Positions 1 to 12,890 of a stretch of 64,000 nucleotides of DNA are shown piece after piece (positions within the stretch are counted from its first letter, which is position 1; each line of letters opens with the position of its first letter). The position numbers and the translations under genes are program-made. Origin of the DNA: Lama glama (taxonomy: Eukaryota); NCBI GenBank assembly GCA_028534125.1, contig CM052827.1:30380001-30444000 (forward strand), read 5' to 3'. The notes beneath the pieces were generated by a model. It was given only the letters and a program-made list of their open reading frames with translations, was not told where the DNA came from and searched no databases.

Positions 1-49
1 GGTAGGTTTAAAACCAGAATACAGTCAAGACTTCAAATCCAGTAGCCCA

Positions 50-760
50 GCACTCATTCCTTTCTTCATTAAAAATAATGAAAGATGATTTAGTGAGTGT
101 TTAATTTATGCCACACACTGTGCTAGCCCCTGAGTAGGTAAATGGGAAAAAATAATGAGCGAGCAGAAATAGACCCTCCTCTCTACCTTTGTAAAACTTA
201 CAGCCTAGTGGGGAAAACAGACAATTTCCAAATAAAATGTCAAGAAATTACAGCCTGTTGCATCTAAAAAGAGGCATATATGGTCAGGATAATCTGTAAA
301 GGGAAGTTCTGAACACCTGCAGGAGATTATAAAGGGCTTTTAGTAAAAAAAAAATCATCATTTCCAATTAATATCTCAAGGATGAGTGAGATTTATCTCA
401 GTGAATAAGAAAATAAAGACTATTTAAAACAGAAAACATGATGTTCAAAGGCCCTGTGACCGGAGGATCCCCATAACTGGATCTTAGAGAAGGCATCTAG
501 AGCATTTAGACCATAGCATTAAATGGTCTAAAATGAGATCAGAGAGATATATATTTATGATAGGGAAACCCAAGGTAAGAGGTTTTGTCTTCATGACATG
601 ACTGATGAGATGACATCTAATAATTTTAAACAGTTTTGCATTTTAAAGTCATTATTTTTCTTTATGGCAAGGAAAATCCATTAGAGAGGATGAGCATGGA
701 TGTGAGAGGACGTGTAGTTAAGCCCAAGTCAGAGGTGCCAATAGCTCAAAATGGACAGAG
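50..760 (-). mobile_element. L2 LINE fragment (3' end), old
   Basis: Typical L2 tail read in reverse: cattcc/cattaaaaa...tttagtgagtg...tatgccacacactgtgctag...acttacagcctagtgggg...gttcaaaggccctgtg. Boundaries approximate. Confidence 0.7.
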
Positions 761-1639
761 CAGACGGACAGCCAAAGGGGTCAACACTGAGGAAGCGAGA
801 TGTTTCATACCAGAAATGAAATATGACAGATGAAAATGATCAATATGCCACTGGATGATTATAATGACACTGGGCTGAACAGAGCAAAAATTTCACTGCA
901 GTAGACAAACATTAGAAGGAAGGAGAAAGCTAAGCGAATAAAGCCCCAGACCCACAAAGCATGAAGAGACAGGAGGTGGTGGATCAGACAAAGAATCAGC
1001 CTTCGAGCGGCAGTAACACCCACACTTCTTCGTGCTGGTCCACAGTAAACATGTGCTCATACCTCCTCACAGTAGGTGGGTTCCTGGAAGTTTCCTTCTG
1101 TTTTAGAACCACAATTGTATGATGTACAATGGATCCTGTAATTCATAAATGTGAAGTCTGCTCTTGACACTCTTGCCCATCTCTGGCCACTAACTTAGGA
1201 GAAGCCTTGGCCCACAGCACTGCACAGATAACTTTGCCTTGCTGACAAATTATATCACAGCTCCCACACAGATCAATCCTTAAAGTGTGGAACAGCATGT
1301 CTGTGAAACTCCTCTACGGATATTAATAATTTTTGTTTCCTGTACAACAATTATACTTATGAATTTATCCATCAGGCTCATCAAAGTGCTTGCATTTTCA
1401 AGTATTTTAAGGATTGTTTGTTCTTATAAATTAGGTTTTATTTCATTAAGACACATAACAAGCTAGCTAAAAGCCTTTCATTTTCAAAGCAGCACGCACA
1501 TTTAAACTATCACGAGTGTTGAGAGCTACAAGATAGGACTCAAGGAGATAAATCAATATTTCACCCAATAAATATGGCACTTTGTTCTCATGAGGAGAAC
1601 TTGATCATTTTTCTCTTCCCTCTTGTCTCTTTTTATTCT

Positions 1640-2600
1640 GGTCTTTCCTCCACACAGAGCCAGATTTATCTTTTCAAATCAATCTAATCATGGCAGTCTC
1701 ATGCTTAAAACCCCAGGATAGTTGTCCGCTTCCTACAGAATGAAGTACAAACATCTTAGCCTGGCATTTAAAGGCTCTTCAAAATCTGATTCCAAGCTAA
1801 GTTTCCAGCATTACCTCCTATCACACTTCCCTCCAGGCACACGATCTCTCCTTCCAGAATTGCTCACGGGCTCCTCAGCAAAATATGGCAACACATACCT
1901 CCTTTTGTTTGTGCTCTTCCTCCTGAAGGGGAACAGAATACGTGACCCCAGAATGTGTTACTTTTGCACGTGGATTATTCTGAGCTGAAGGCAATCCATA
2001 TAAAGCCGACTCTAGAAAAACTTAACTACCTAAAATAATTTAGATAGGGGGCCTGGCTCAGAGAGAGAGCTCTTGCCAGAGATACATTTTATCTGAAGGA
2101 CCTACCTGCAGGGCAGGACAACCATCTAGTTACCAAGCACCTGCTCTTCTTACTGTCCTGTGAGCTGTCCTCCTCCCCTTTGAAGCCCCAGTCCCGTTCC
2201 TTAGCTCAGGGTGGTAAATAAGCCCCCACCACCTCACTCGTCCTTGGGCTTCACATTGTTCTGAGACATTCCTATGTATATAATTAAATTAATTTCTTCT
2301 GTTAATCTGTCTTATCACAACTTCATTATTTGACCAGCCAAAAGAATCAAGAAGGGTAGAGGGAAAAAATTTTCCTCCCCTGAACTTCCACCTGGAATCC
2401 CCATCTTTTCTTCTTCTCTGGAAAATACTTGCTACAATTCAAGACCTGTTTCAAATGGTACCTCCTCCGAGGAGTCTATTTCTGTACTTGTGTAGTTACT
2501 CCTTTTTTCCCTATTTCAACAAAGCTTTTAAATATTTCTGTTATCTCCATCATAGAATTTTGTGACGACCTCTTTACTTGCATGTTTCCCTAATGTGGGT
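1640..2600 (+). mobile_element. L2 LINE fragment interrupted by an LTR at 1924-2384
   Basis: L2-like phrases (cacacagagccaga...tgcttaaaaccc...cttagcctggcatttaaagg; cctggaat...ttcaaatggtacctcctccgagg) continue on both sides of the LTR. Confidence 0.65.
1924..2384 (+). mobile_element. ERV1 solo LTR, MER34-like
   Basis: Starts tgaaggggaacagaata..gaccccagaatgtg..ttattctgagctgaaggcaat and ends ctgttaatctgtctta...gaagggtagagggaaaaaattttcctcccc, as in the MER34 group. Near-matching 4-bp flanks (ctcc/cttc). Confidence 0.8.
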
Positions 2601-2645
2601 TACAGAATTTGAAGAAGATACAACAGATACACACTAAGGTGGTTC

Positions 2646-2792
2646 NNNNNNNNNNNNNNNNNNNNNNNNNNNNNNNNNNNNNNNNNNNNNNNNNNNNNNN
2701 NNNNNNNNNNNNNNNNNNNNNNNNNNNNNNNNNNNNNNNNNNNNNNNNNNNNNNNNNNNNNNNNNNNNNNNNNNNNNNNNNNNNNNNNNNNN
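2646..2792. other. Assembly gap (N run)
   Basis: 147 Ns. Confidence 1.
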
Positions 2793-4169
2793 CTTGTTTT
2801 TGACATGGATATAGAATCTTAATGCAAGCAAAGCAGCTGCACAGAGCTGGGAATATAGACTGTATCTCTTTGTAGTGTCTGTTGCCCCTCACATTACCCA
2901 ACACACCATAACACCTGGGATTGAGAGACAGAGGCTTAACATTTAAGAAAATTTAATGAACCTATACAAACATTCTTAATAGTTAATACTTCAAATTAAG
3001 GGAATGGATAAATACACTGGTTTTTCCTGTTGTTTGAAATACATGTACCATCACATATGGGAAAATAGAGAGAGTGCTGGAAAAAATTGTTTAAAGAGTA
3101 CAAAGATTCTTAGCAATGACCCTAAGATGCGAAGGTTTTAAATGCCATGTCTCCCACATATTAGCCTTTGATTTGGGGGGTAAGCTACTTAAACTTTCTA
3201 ACCTTGCAAAATATAGATTAAAATAACTACCTCAAAGGGCAGCTGAAGACCTTGTACATAAAATATATCACAAAAAGCTTTATTGTGCAAGGAATATTAT
3301 ACTGGAGAGAACAAGGAACAATATACTTACCTGTATAACAGTTTCTCATTTCTTGTGAATAGGTACTGAAACAAAAGAATATATCTAGCCTATTTATATT
3401 TTTTTCTCAGAAGCTTTGCAAAAACAACTCGATATCATTTCCAGATTGGTTAATTGGTAACAGGGAGAAATCAAGGGGGGCCACTGTTGGGCTGAATTTT
3501 CACAAAGGTTTGCTCTGTTTCAACCACCAGGGTCTAAATCAGGGCACAGCATATACTTAAAAACAAGACATTCAAAGATGAGAGTTGCATTCTTCCTTCA
3601 GTGAAGTTATGAAGTAACCCAGTGTATGTAACTGAAAAAGGTCTTCTACTTTTTAAATCTGAGAACCTCAACACTATTCAACAACTCACTGACATATTGT
3701 CAAAACAGTCAAATTGAACTCCTGATAATTATGGTGGGAGATGAGGAAGGGCTTTGGGTATATAGCTTATTGTGAATGTTTCCAAAATCATACTGCTGTT
3801 TTTATTCTTAGCAGCAGAGTGCTTTTCACTGGAAATGAATACAGGAATCTAATTTACATAACAGAGAAAATGGAAGTGTCGAGTAAGTGAAACAAGAGCC
3901 TCTTTCTCCCAGTTCTCTTGAATTCCCCCAACACCTCCTCCTGAATCCCATACGCCAAGGATCCCTGAAGTTCCTTCTCTGACCAACAGGACACCTCAGA
4001 ACACAGTTTGGAAACTTCCAGTATGTTGGGAGAAGCAGGACTTTCAGAGTCACAGAGATTAGGAGTCTAATCTTGCCATGATCATACCTTATATGAGTGT
4101 CTTTTTCTCTCAGTTTTCTTCTGTATAGGATGTTGAATGATACAGTTTTTACACAATTGTTATAATAAC

Positions 4170-4445
4170 TGAATGATCACAATAATGCCAGCCAACATAC
4201 ACTGAGTGTTTACTACGTGTCAAGAATTGATGTACTTTCCATGCATCATGTGCTTTAATTTTTGCAAAAAACTCTGTGAGGTAAGTACTTTATTATATTT
4301 TGCTCACTTTCTGTTTGCTTCACTAGATCTTCCTTTTCTTGCCATTCTTTAGAGAACATGCCAAGGTAACACAGTGTTTGCCAAATTCAGGGTTTAAACC
4401 AGGGCAGTCCATCTCCAGATCCCTCACTGCTAGCCATTAGCCTCT
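4170..4445 (-). mobile_element. MIR SINE
   Basis: aataatgccagccaacatacactgagtgtttactacgtgtcaag...actctgtgaggtaagtact...ccaaggtaacacag...gggtttaaacccaggcagtc-like MIR core. Confidence 0.7.
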
Positions 4446-5488
4446 CTGTTTATACTGAGTGATGCATATACAGAGCCCACCATCTGGGACATTCTCAGTA
4501 AGTCAAAATTCTCTCAACATCAATTTTATGCCAAATAAAATATGGCAGTTAGTCATAATTGTCATGTCATTGTTATTATTGACATAACATCAAAAAGGCA
4601 CATATTTAAATATCCTAGTTCAATGTCATGTGTCAAAAAACCTTTGAGTGCTGATGAAATTATATTTGATGTTGAAATTGTGTTAACTGCACTAAAGTTC
4701 TACATTTTAATTCACTTTTAGGAATTTCTCCACTTTGTAAAGAGTCCATTCCTGTTCTTTCGAAGTCCAAAACGAGAAATTTATAATGATGCCTTATGAT
4801 AAATACAGTTAATATCCGTCAGTCCTCAATGTATTTAGCCTCTCCACAATCCCAGTGTCAAGCAGACTATTCGTTTCTGCACTTTGTATACCACATGTTT
4901 CCAGCTTCCCTCCTGTATCCCTGCCTTCTCCACCTCTGACTTCTTTCCAGATCATCTCCTCACACACATCCTTTAAATGTTCGCCTTTCACAGAGTTCAG
5001 TGTGATTCCTCCTTTCGATTTCACTCTCTAAAACTCTTATTCACGCTGGTGTCATCGAATAGCATCCATACACCCACTGACTAGTGTAGCCCAGATCTCA
5101 CCACTGAGGTCCAAAGGCATTGAGTCCAATTGACTAGATCTCCCTAAAATGGGGTGGACAGAACACACTGCGCAGTGTGTGTTGTGGCCACAGTAGTGTC
5201 ACTTAAGTCCATGGGGCTGGAGTTGCTGAAAAAGGTTTACTGGGAGAATGAATACAGGGAGCTATTCTATTTGAGATGAAGCTGGGAGAACTTTTGTTGC
5301 TTTCTTCCTTTCCTCTCTTTTCTTTTTCAGTCTCTCCTCTTCTCTAATTCCAATGACTCGACTTGACATCCTTTCTCTTACATGACTTCAGACAAGCCAG
5401 AAATTAGTAATCTACACACTACTTGCTATTTTTCTATGTTTAATTTCTCTCCTTCCTTTTGAGGTTGTGAAGGTAGGCAGTGCTTCTA

Positions 5489-5920
5489 TTTTTTTTAAGA
5501 GCTCATATTTTATTTCCTATGTTCAGAACACCTGAGAAAGCATTTTTGACTTTGACAAAAGTCTAGCAGAAGAGTTCAGCAGGACAATGTACACGACACA
5601 ATTTTTATTGCAGTAAAACGTGGAGAGGGACACGTGGAAGCAGTGGGCTTCTCTGGCGAACACAGCTGTCGCTCGCTCTAGTTCCAAGGCTTCTTCCATG
5701 ATGATCCGATCCCCTCACATCACCAGCATTCCAGCACTGTTCTATTGCCCACTAGTTGCCATCTCCACACATTCACGTATCACAAGATTCATAAAGTAAT
5801 CAAATCCCTGCAATATTCCTTGGACATGTCTGCCACCATTTAATTTCAGTGATAAGATCTTGTCCATAGATTTCTTTCACCTCGGTGTCCACTTGGCGAA
5901 CTCGAAGATGCCTCCCCATG
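5489..5920 (-). pseudogene. SNRPG: Processed (retro)pseudogene of small nuclear ribonucleoprotein G (Sm-G)
   Basis: Minus strand from the ATG at 5867 translates as [60 protein letters not shown], matching SmG ([62 protein letters not shown]). It is intronless, with in-frame stops at 5742-5744 (TAG) and 5715-5717 (TGA) and a 1-nt insertion just upstream of that Met. 3'UTR-like sequence, AATAAA (5509-5514, minus) and an A8 remnant (5489-5496) follow. The 5' boundary is approximate. Confidence 0.95.
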
Positions 5921-7562
5921 GAGGCAGCGATCCATAAAGCCACTTCTGCAGCCTTAGAAACTCAGCACAGTCACACATTCCTGCCTCCTTTTCTGACTTA
6001 TCACGGTTCACTCTATTCACCCCTAAACCTCATCCCCAGATTTCAGCCCAGCCTGACTTGGCCCTTTGGAAAGAGTGTCTACTTCTAAAACTGATCCAAG
6101 CTGAGTTACAAGACAGCCTTTCTTTTTTCCACTTTTAAGACTCGAGCGTTTAAAGACAATATTCAAAGTCATATACTTTCATGCATGTCCCTTCATGGAC
6201 AAAAATCTTCCTTGACATCCTTTTCCCTCCAAAGCAATGGATCTTTAAGTCCCAGTTCCTCCCTGCCACCACCCCTCCTCACCCCAGAACCCATTCATTT
6301 CATTGCTTTGACTTCAAGCTGAGTTCAGAACTGGATGTGATATTTGCTTTCATTTTTATAACCCAAACTAGATGATTCAATGCAAAAGCATTTCACAAAG
6401 AGCTCATCACAAGGCACCCTAAGTTGTCCCTCGGGAGATGGATGACACCTGATAGCCAGGACACCTCCCTGCACTTAATATCGTTCATTGCTGCCATCAG
6501 AAAGAGCACGTCCTTCAAATCTGCCAAAGCACAGGCTTGCAGGACACTGCTTCAAAGCAGCTGATGGCTCATCTCTGCCATCGGTATTAAGAGTGAGGGT
6601 AAGTGGCAGAGACAGGTACAGCTGGAAGAGACAGGCTTAGAAACATGTCACAAAAGCTTTGGTGGGTAAAAGGGGGGTGGGGAGTCTCATGGACATGACA
6701 GTCTCAAATGCCAAAAAAACCAGCCAACAATCACCAGGGAGCGGAAAGGTACAAATCACTATGACTCAGTTCGTGCCAATTGAAGGTGCCCTTCCTGCAA
6801 AAGGCATGATCCTCAACCACTTCTCTTCAAATGGCTACTTAGCAGTACCAGATGGGTTTCTAGTAATTTTTCCAGCCCTTTGAAATAACATAGCCACATA
6901 AAAATACAATATGCTCTTTTCCATGAAGTTACACAGAGATTTTGGTATCATAGGTACCTCTTAACATTATACAGGTAATGAGAAAATGAGCCCTGGCTGC
7001 AATGCCACATGTTCCTTTGTTCCTAATCAACACTGACATTAGTGCTCAATTAACCATGACACGTATAATCATATGAGTCTTTGCTCTGATTCCAACCCAG
7101 GATGGCTGGACCATAAGGGGACCTCCCTGAGCGATCAGATCAAAGCCCCTCTGTGGTGTGTTTTCTCAAAGCAAGGCAGAAACAAATTAATCATATCTAT
7201 CTAATTTTAAGTAGCATGGTTGAAGAACCACTGGGGAAAAGTCATAGCAGGGGCACGGAGAAAGCCAGCATCTAAACAGGTTCATGTCACAAAAGAGACA
7301 GGGTCTGATGCCTGGCAATATCTGTTTGCAGTTTTTTGCTTTAGAGGTTTTTTTCTCACAGAGATTTAAAGTTGAATTGGTGCTTTTCTTTTTTAATAAG
7401 AAATATAAAAAGCGCTTTTGGTCATGATGCACAGCACATTAAATACAATTACATCAATATATCTTTCCCTGCCTCTCTATGCAGTTTTAAAAAATTTTTT
7501 TTCTTCCCAGTCTCCTTTGGGGAGCTCTTAGGGAGCAACTTTTGCTAATAATTAATAATGGG

Positions 7563-7793
7563 AGGTTTCTCCTGAGGAAATCGTTCGGAATCGTTATGTT
7601 GCGCTAATAAATCGTCGTTTCAGAATTCTAATCAGCAAAATTTGGATTCCAAATGTTCGGCAATTACCATGGCCCACTGAATCAGGATTGATTAATATGC
7701 AAATGTAACAGATTCTGTCCTGAGAAGTCAACATAAAGCAATGCATATATGTAAAACAGGATTCACGTGCTTGGGAACTTTGAGGAAAAACCA
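7563..7793. mobile_element. MER121-like ancient conserved repeat (probable exapted conserved non-coding element)
   Basis: Imperfect inverted ends: ggtttctcctga (7564-7575) vs tgaggaaaaacc (7781-7792), 10/12 match. Internal tgctaataa..tttcagaattctaatca..ggattccaaat..ggcaattacca..gaatcaggatt..aatatgcaaat resembles my recollection of the MER121 consensus. Octamer ATGCAAAT at 7697-7704. Confidence 0.7.
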
Positions 7794-8382
7794 GATACTG
7801 AGATAATAAAAGCATATCTTTTGATGTGTGCATAAATTGGTTTCAAAGTTCAATTGCACTTTACTCCCTCATTAGTCTCTGTCATACCTGCTTCAAACAA
7901 CTAGGCTCTTTCAACAATGTCATACAACTCTCATTCAAATCGTATCAATGCTTATCTGCCTGAAACACGTCAAGAGCACAATGCCACTGTCATCCAAGGA
8001 GCTCTAACAGTGTACCATTGCTTAGTAAGGAACCCCTAGCAATGCTTAGGGAGAGATGGAAACAGAACAAACGGTACCTAGATCACAGGACAATGGCCAC
8101 CTGCAAAAGCCCCAGAGGTTTAATGAATAGTGCAAACAAACTCAAGGGCAGGATGTCTAAAGTGGACAATCCTAGCCAGCTGAGGTCAGATCTCAGGCTC
8201 CCTTTTCTGAAAATTTCTATCTTTCTTTAGTTAAGAATAGTGTCTTTTCAGGACTATTCTTCTTTTTCTAGATTCCCACGTAATACAAGTTGCAAACTTT
8301 AAAATTTTATTTCCAAACATCATCTCACGGAATCCAAAAGCAGATTACTATCAGTTCTTTGCGGGATGAATAAAGCATGCCA

Positions 8383-8550
8383 GGAGTTGCCAAATCCAGT
8401 TACACACTAGAAACACCCAGGGAGTTTATTGTGTTTGCTTATTTTGTTTGTTTGTATCAATGCTTAAGCCCCACCCACAGAGCTTCTGATTTAATTGGTG
8501 GATGGAGCACTGGCATCTGTATTTTAAAAGCTCCACATTTTGCTTACAGG
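8383..8550. mobile_element. MER5-type (hAT-Charlie) DNA transposon fragment
   Basis: cacactagaaacacccagggag...gccccacccacagagcttctgatttaattggt...ggcatctgtattttaaaagctcc. Confidence 0.7.
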
Positions 8551-8689
8551 TGGAGAGTACCACTTTTAAGGAAACAGACTCATTTACTCTCTGTTTCCCA
8601 GATGTGCCCAAGACTAGGATGAAGAGGGATGAGTTTTTCACCTCTGAAATAAAATAGCCAGTGCTAAAGTGAACCTCTACTCATGCACC

Positions 8690-9340
8690 CACCCAACCAT
8701 CCACCCATGTATTTATTCAGCAAATATTAACTGAATACATACCGCGTATGAAGCTCCATTCTAGACACCTCTGCTGCAGCAGTGAGCCAAGTAGACAGGC
8801 TCCCGTCTCCAGAGAGCTCGCCATCTGGTGGGAAAGACAGAAAGTAAATGAGTCAATGAACAGATCAATGAATCAATCAGCCAAATCAACTTCAGGAAAT
8901 GGAAAGTGCTGTGAACTAAATACAACAAGTCCATGAACACAGAGAACGTCCTGAATGTGGGGCTGCTTTGGAGAAGAACCGGGGAAGGCATCTTCGCAGG
9001 ATGACATTGGAGCTGCACCTTGAATGATGAGTCGAGTCTATCAAGCAGAGGACTGAGAGAAATCTTCCAGGCTAGGCATACCACTGCAAGCTCCCAGAGA
9101 TAAGGTCTGGCTTAGCATACGAGCGGGACAGCTTCAGGGGTCAGCGAGGCTCACGTCAGGCAGCAAAGGGGAATGTGGTAGAGACGGGACAAAGAAGCCG
9201 GAGGCCCACCGGGCAAAGTCTTTCCAGTTACGAGAAGGAGTCCGAATTTCGTTCCAACTTGTAATAGGAAACAGTTCGGGGTTGATCATCAGAATAGCTT
9301 TGAAAAGGTGTGGGAGAAAGAGATCATGAGAGGTGACTCC
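8690..9340 (-). mobile_element. L2 LINE fragment
   Basis: atttattcagcaaatattaactgaatac...ccattctagacac...gagctcgccatctggtgggaaagacag...gatgacattggagctg...ttccaggctag. Confidence 0.75.
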
Positions 9341-9744
9341 ACGTTTATTTATCAGCAATTTAAAAAAAATGAATGGTTATAATCTTAAGAGTTCGTGTGT
9401 GAGATTTAGGTTTTTTTGTTTTTGTTTTTGTTCTTTTTTCCCAGCATCATCAGAAAGTCTTTTTTTTTTTTTTTTTTTGGCCTCTATGATCCCTTTAGCA
9501 GCTCTTTGTTAGACCAAAGCATATGAGGGAATCCCAAAACTTGCACCAAGTCATCAGCCCCATCTTCTGAGGTCCTAATATAACTGCTTCCAGACAGACT
9601 CTTCTGTCCCCACCCCACCCATTTTGCAATATGTTCCTTTTATATTTTAAGAGAATTAAAATGAGATATTTCCATCCTGGGAATGGTCACAAGATGACTG
9701 AGAAGCAGGACGAGAGAAGAGCAGTCATCTCAGGGGAGAGAAAG

Positions 9745-9945
9745 TCACGCAGTGCTGTCAGTGCCCTCCCTGTGTCTCCATGCTGGACCCTTTCCACCCT
9801 CAGACAGCCCTGGGAGGATAGACTTTTTTTTAATCTTCACTTTACAGACAATTCAACAGCTACTAAGGGTGGCTGCCATATTTGAGCCCAGAGCCTAGAT
9901 TCTTTTTACTCCAAAATCAAGGCCATTAACCAGTTTACCACACTT
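9745..9945 (-). mobile_element. MIR SINE fragment
   Basis: cagccctgggaggatag...cttcactttacaga...acagctactaagggtgg...atttgagcccag. Confidence 0.6.
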
Positions 9946-12439
9946 TCACCTGTCAGTTGTTTCTGTCCATAGTTTGATACATGAAGTGCCTCCAGGACAA
10001 GGTGGAGAGGAGAGTACACCTCATAGACTTTGCTCCCCTCCATTCCCGGGGCCACAGGGATCACCTTAGTTCACAGAATCATGGAGCAGTTTGTGATGTA
10101 CCTATAAGGGATCCTGGGACCCGCTGCCTCCCGTTCTACAAACAAGGAAACTGAGTCACACAGCTTGCTACAGGCAGAATCAAATCTAGACATCAAATCT
10201 CCTCACTCTTCATCTAGTGCTCTCTGTAACACATCAGGCTGCCCTTGACTCTCCTGGAAAAGATCTATGCTTCAGCTCAGATTTGCCCTGACCCAAGGAT
10301 TGCCAGTTCTATGACTGTCTGCTTGGTTCCTGATGCCTCAGTGGGACCCCTTAACATCCATGATCCTGCTCTTCCAAACAGATTAGGATTCTCCACAACC
10401 TGCACTCTACAAGGATCTGAGATGTTCCAGGGCTCCAGACCATCCCAGGTTTAGCCATACAGAGTCAGGGGAATGATGCTAGTTAGTACTTATTTAATCT
10501 ATTTATACCAGTCTTTTTCAGAGCCAGGCCTTCTTCACGTCATTATCCTCACCTGGAATGTCCTTCTCGTTTCTTTTTCAGAGAGGACTACAAAGCAATC
10601 GTGTTACCCAGGCCTCTGCATTGTTTCATGTCATATTTTCCACAGGTTTTGGACAAAGGTAATTAGTAACTGCTGTAATATGATCCACCTTTCTCCGCCT
10701 GCATGAAACATGGTTATTCATTCATGTACCAAACCATCTGTTGAGAGCCTTTTGTTTGTCAAGTACAAGGTTAGGAACTGGGAATGTTAAGAGCCATTAA
10801 ATTAACCAAGCCCTGAGGGAGCCAAAGTCCCCTAGAAAGATTAATAGATTAACAGATAATTACAAAGAATGAGCTAATCCTCTAAAAACCTCTTGAGGCC
10901 AGGTCTGCAGTTAGCTGAAGCCTAGAAATATTGAAATCTGTATATCATGTTGAGGTAATTTACACCGAATTCCTCTTCTGGGTTCCGATGATGCCCTCCT
11001 GTGTGACGTTATTTTATATGTCACTTACTTTTGCAACCTATCTAATAACAATTTGTGATGTCTTTGTATTATTTAGGTATTTTCATTTAACATGTCATAT
11101 ATTTATACTTCCTGTCTGAACTGTAATCCTTGAGGAGAGGTCTTAAGCCATGTATGCATGTGTGTGTGCATATCCCCGAAAAGCAACTTCAAAACTAAAT
11201 ACTGTAAATGTTCAATATTTTTTAATGTTTTTATTTGAAAGTACGCTACATAATTTATCAAACTGTAAACTTAAAAAATTTTTTTTCAGTAATGATCTCA
11301 AACACTTATGGTTCACAAATTTAATTTCCATCTTGCGGTAACTTCAATCTGGCTGATATTAATAGCTACAAATTTTATTTTGTCTCTTTAAAAAGTGTAT
11401 CTACAGTACATGATAAATCCATTAGTTAAACTGCATTATCTTAGGATTCTGTCTCTCTTATTCCTCATCACCAGTGTAGCTTAAAATGCAATCTCTGACC
11501 CTCTGCCAAAAGCGTCAATCACAATTTAGCAACCAAACTACAATCTGAATATAGGGGTAACAATAACTTTGTTGGAAAAGTCTGGTATACAAAAGCAATG
11601 TTGCAAGACAAAAAAAAAAATCTGCCTTATCTTGCTTATTCTAAAAAACTTACAAACTTTTGGCATTGAATCTTCCCCTTTCCCATGCCAAACTCTTCTA
11701 ATCTTGGTTTTACTTGCCATTACATCTATGCCCTGAATGTTTGAAGCAATTGTTCACATGAGTCTACCAAGATAATCCTCCATAATCACTTTAGAAACTA
11801 TCTATATCTGAGAAGACAGTGTCCCTCTTTTGTCCCTCGAACCCATGAAACCTATCTTCTCCCTCTGGATGGTTGAGGCTCTTTGTGGAAATATCAAGGA
11901 ACAGAGACATCTATTGAGGATTTAAGCTTCCACTATTAATAGTGCGACTCTAGCCTTATGTTAATTCATCAAGACAGTGACTAGCAGTGATATCATTCAG
12001 TGATACAGATAGGGAGAGACGTGCAAGATAGCACGTTCTTACGTTCTCCCGCCACACAAAGGTCATTCCAAAAGAAAAACAACAGACAGGCACTCTGCGC
12101 CCAAGAAGTTCTCCAACTCATGGACTAAATACATCCCTTTTTATCCAAAACCTTGATAGAGTATGTCTCTTGCTAGATGATCTAATGTTTTTAAGCCTTT
12201 TTTGCACCATTTACCATGTTATGAATCCACTGACTCCTCATGGATTGTATTTTCACCACCACCAATACACACACACACATTCACTTAAGCCTCAACCACG
12301 TTCTCCATTATTTTATTAATGACGGATCAATGTGATCTCCCTTGGCAACGCAGACTGCAGTGAGGGCAGGACAAAAACAAGAACTCTTCACGTATCTGAA
12401 GATGATTTACCTGGCTGACTATCCTTGGGATAAGAACAA

Positions 12440-12890
12440 GTTTTTAACTGTGTTCCACAAGCTCCTTCAGGATAGGGACCTGGTTGGTGCACCCTGTTTA
12501 CTTTCAGACCTCTACCAAAATGACCCTTTCATGCCTTGTGCCCTCTACACACATTAAGGAGAGTGTTATACAGGAGGAACTTGCTGTTGTCTCGTTCCCT
12601 CTGCCTAAGAGGCCTTTCCTGTTTCTCCTTTAGATTAATCCCTTCTCTTCCATCAGCTCTCAGCTTAGATAGTGCCTCTGCTAACTCACACTCTGTAACC
12701 TCTTCAGGTGTTAAATGTCCCTGCTCTGAGGAACCAGAGCCTTGAACACTTACTCCACCATAGTCCTTATTAACAAAACATAATTGTCTTTCTCCCTCAC
12801 TGGACTGTGAACTAACTGGGATAAGGACTACATCTTATTTGTGTTTATAATCTCTAGTACCCAATTCTACTGGCCAATTTTAGATGTTGA
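12440..12890 (+). mobile_element. L2 LINE fragment
   Basis: tgctgttgtctcgttccctctgcctaagag...tcagctctcagcttaga...tctccctcactggactgtgaact...tttataatctctagtaccc. Confidence 0.6.

Noticed and set aside
505-532. 10-bp inverted repeat tttagaccat/atggtctaaa
   Set aside because: Short and inside an L2 fragment; probably a local template-switch event or chance.
2590-2904. ORFs spanning the first N gap
   Set aside because: Artefacts of the N run; the same applies to the lengths of ORFs crossing 61009-61284.
5163-5180. Perfect 18-bp palindrome acacactgcgcagtgtgt
   Set aside because: A palindrome with 9-bp arms is not unlikely by chance in 64 kb, and the arms are low-complexity CA/TG.
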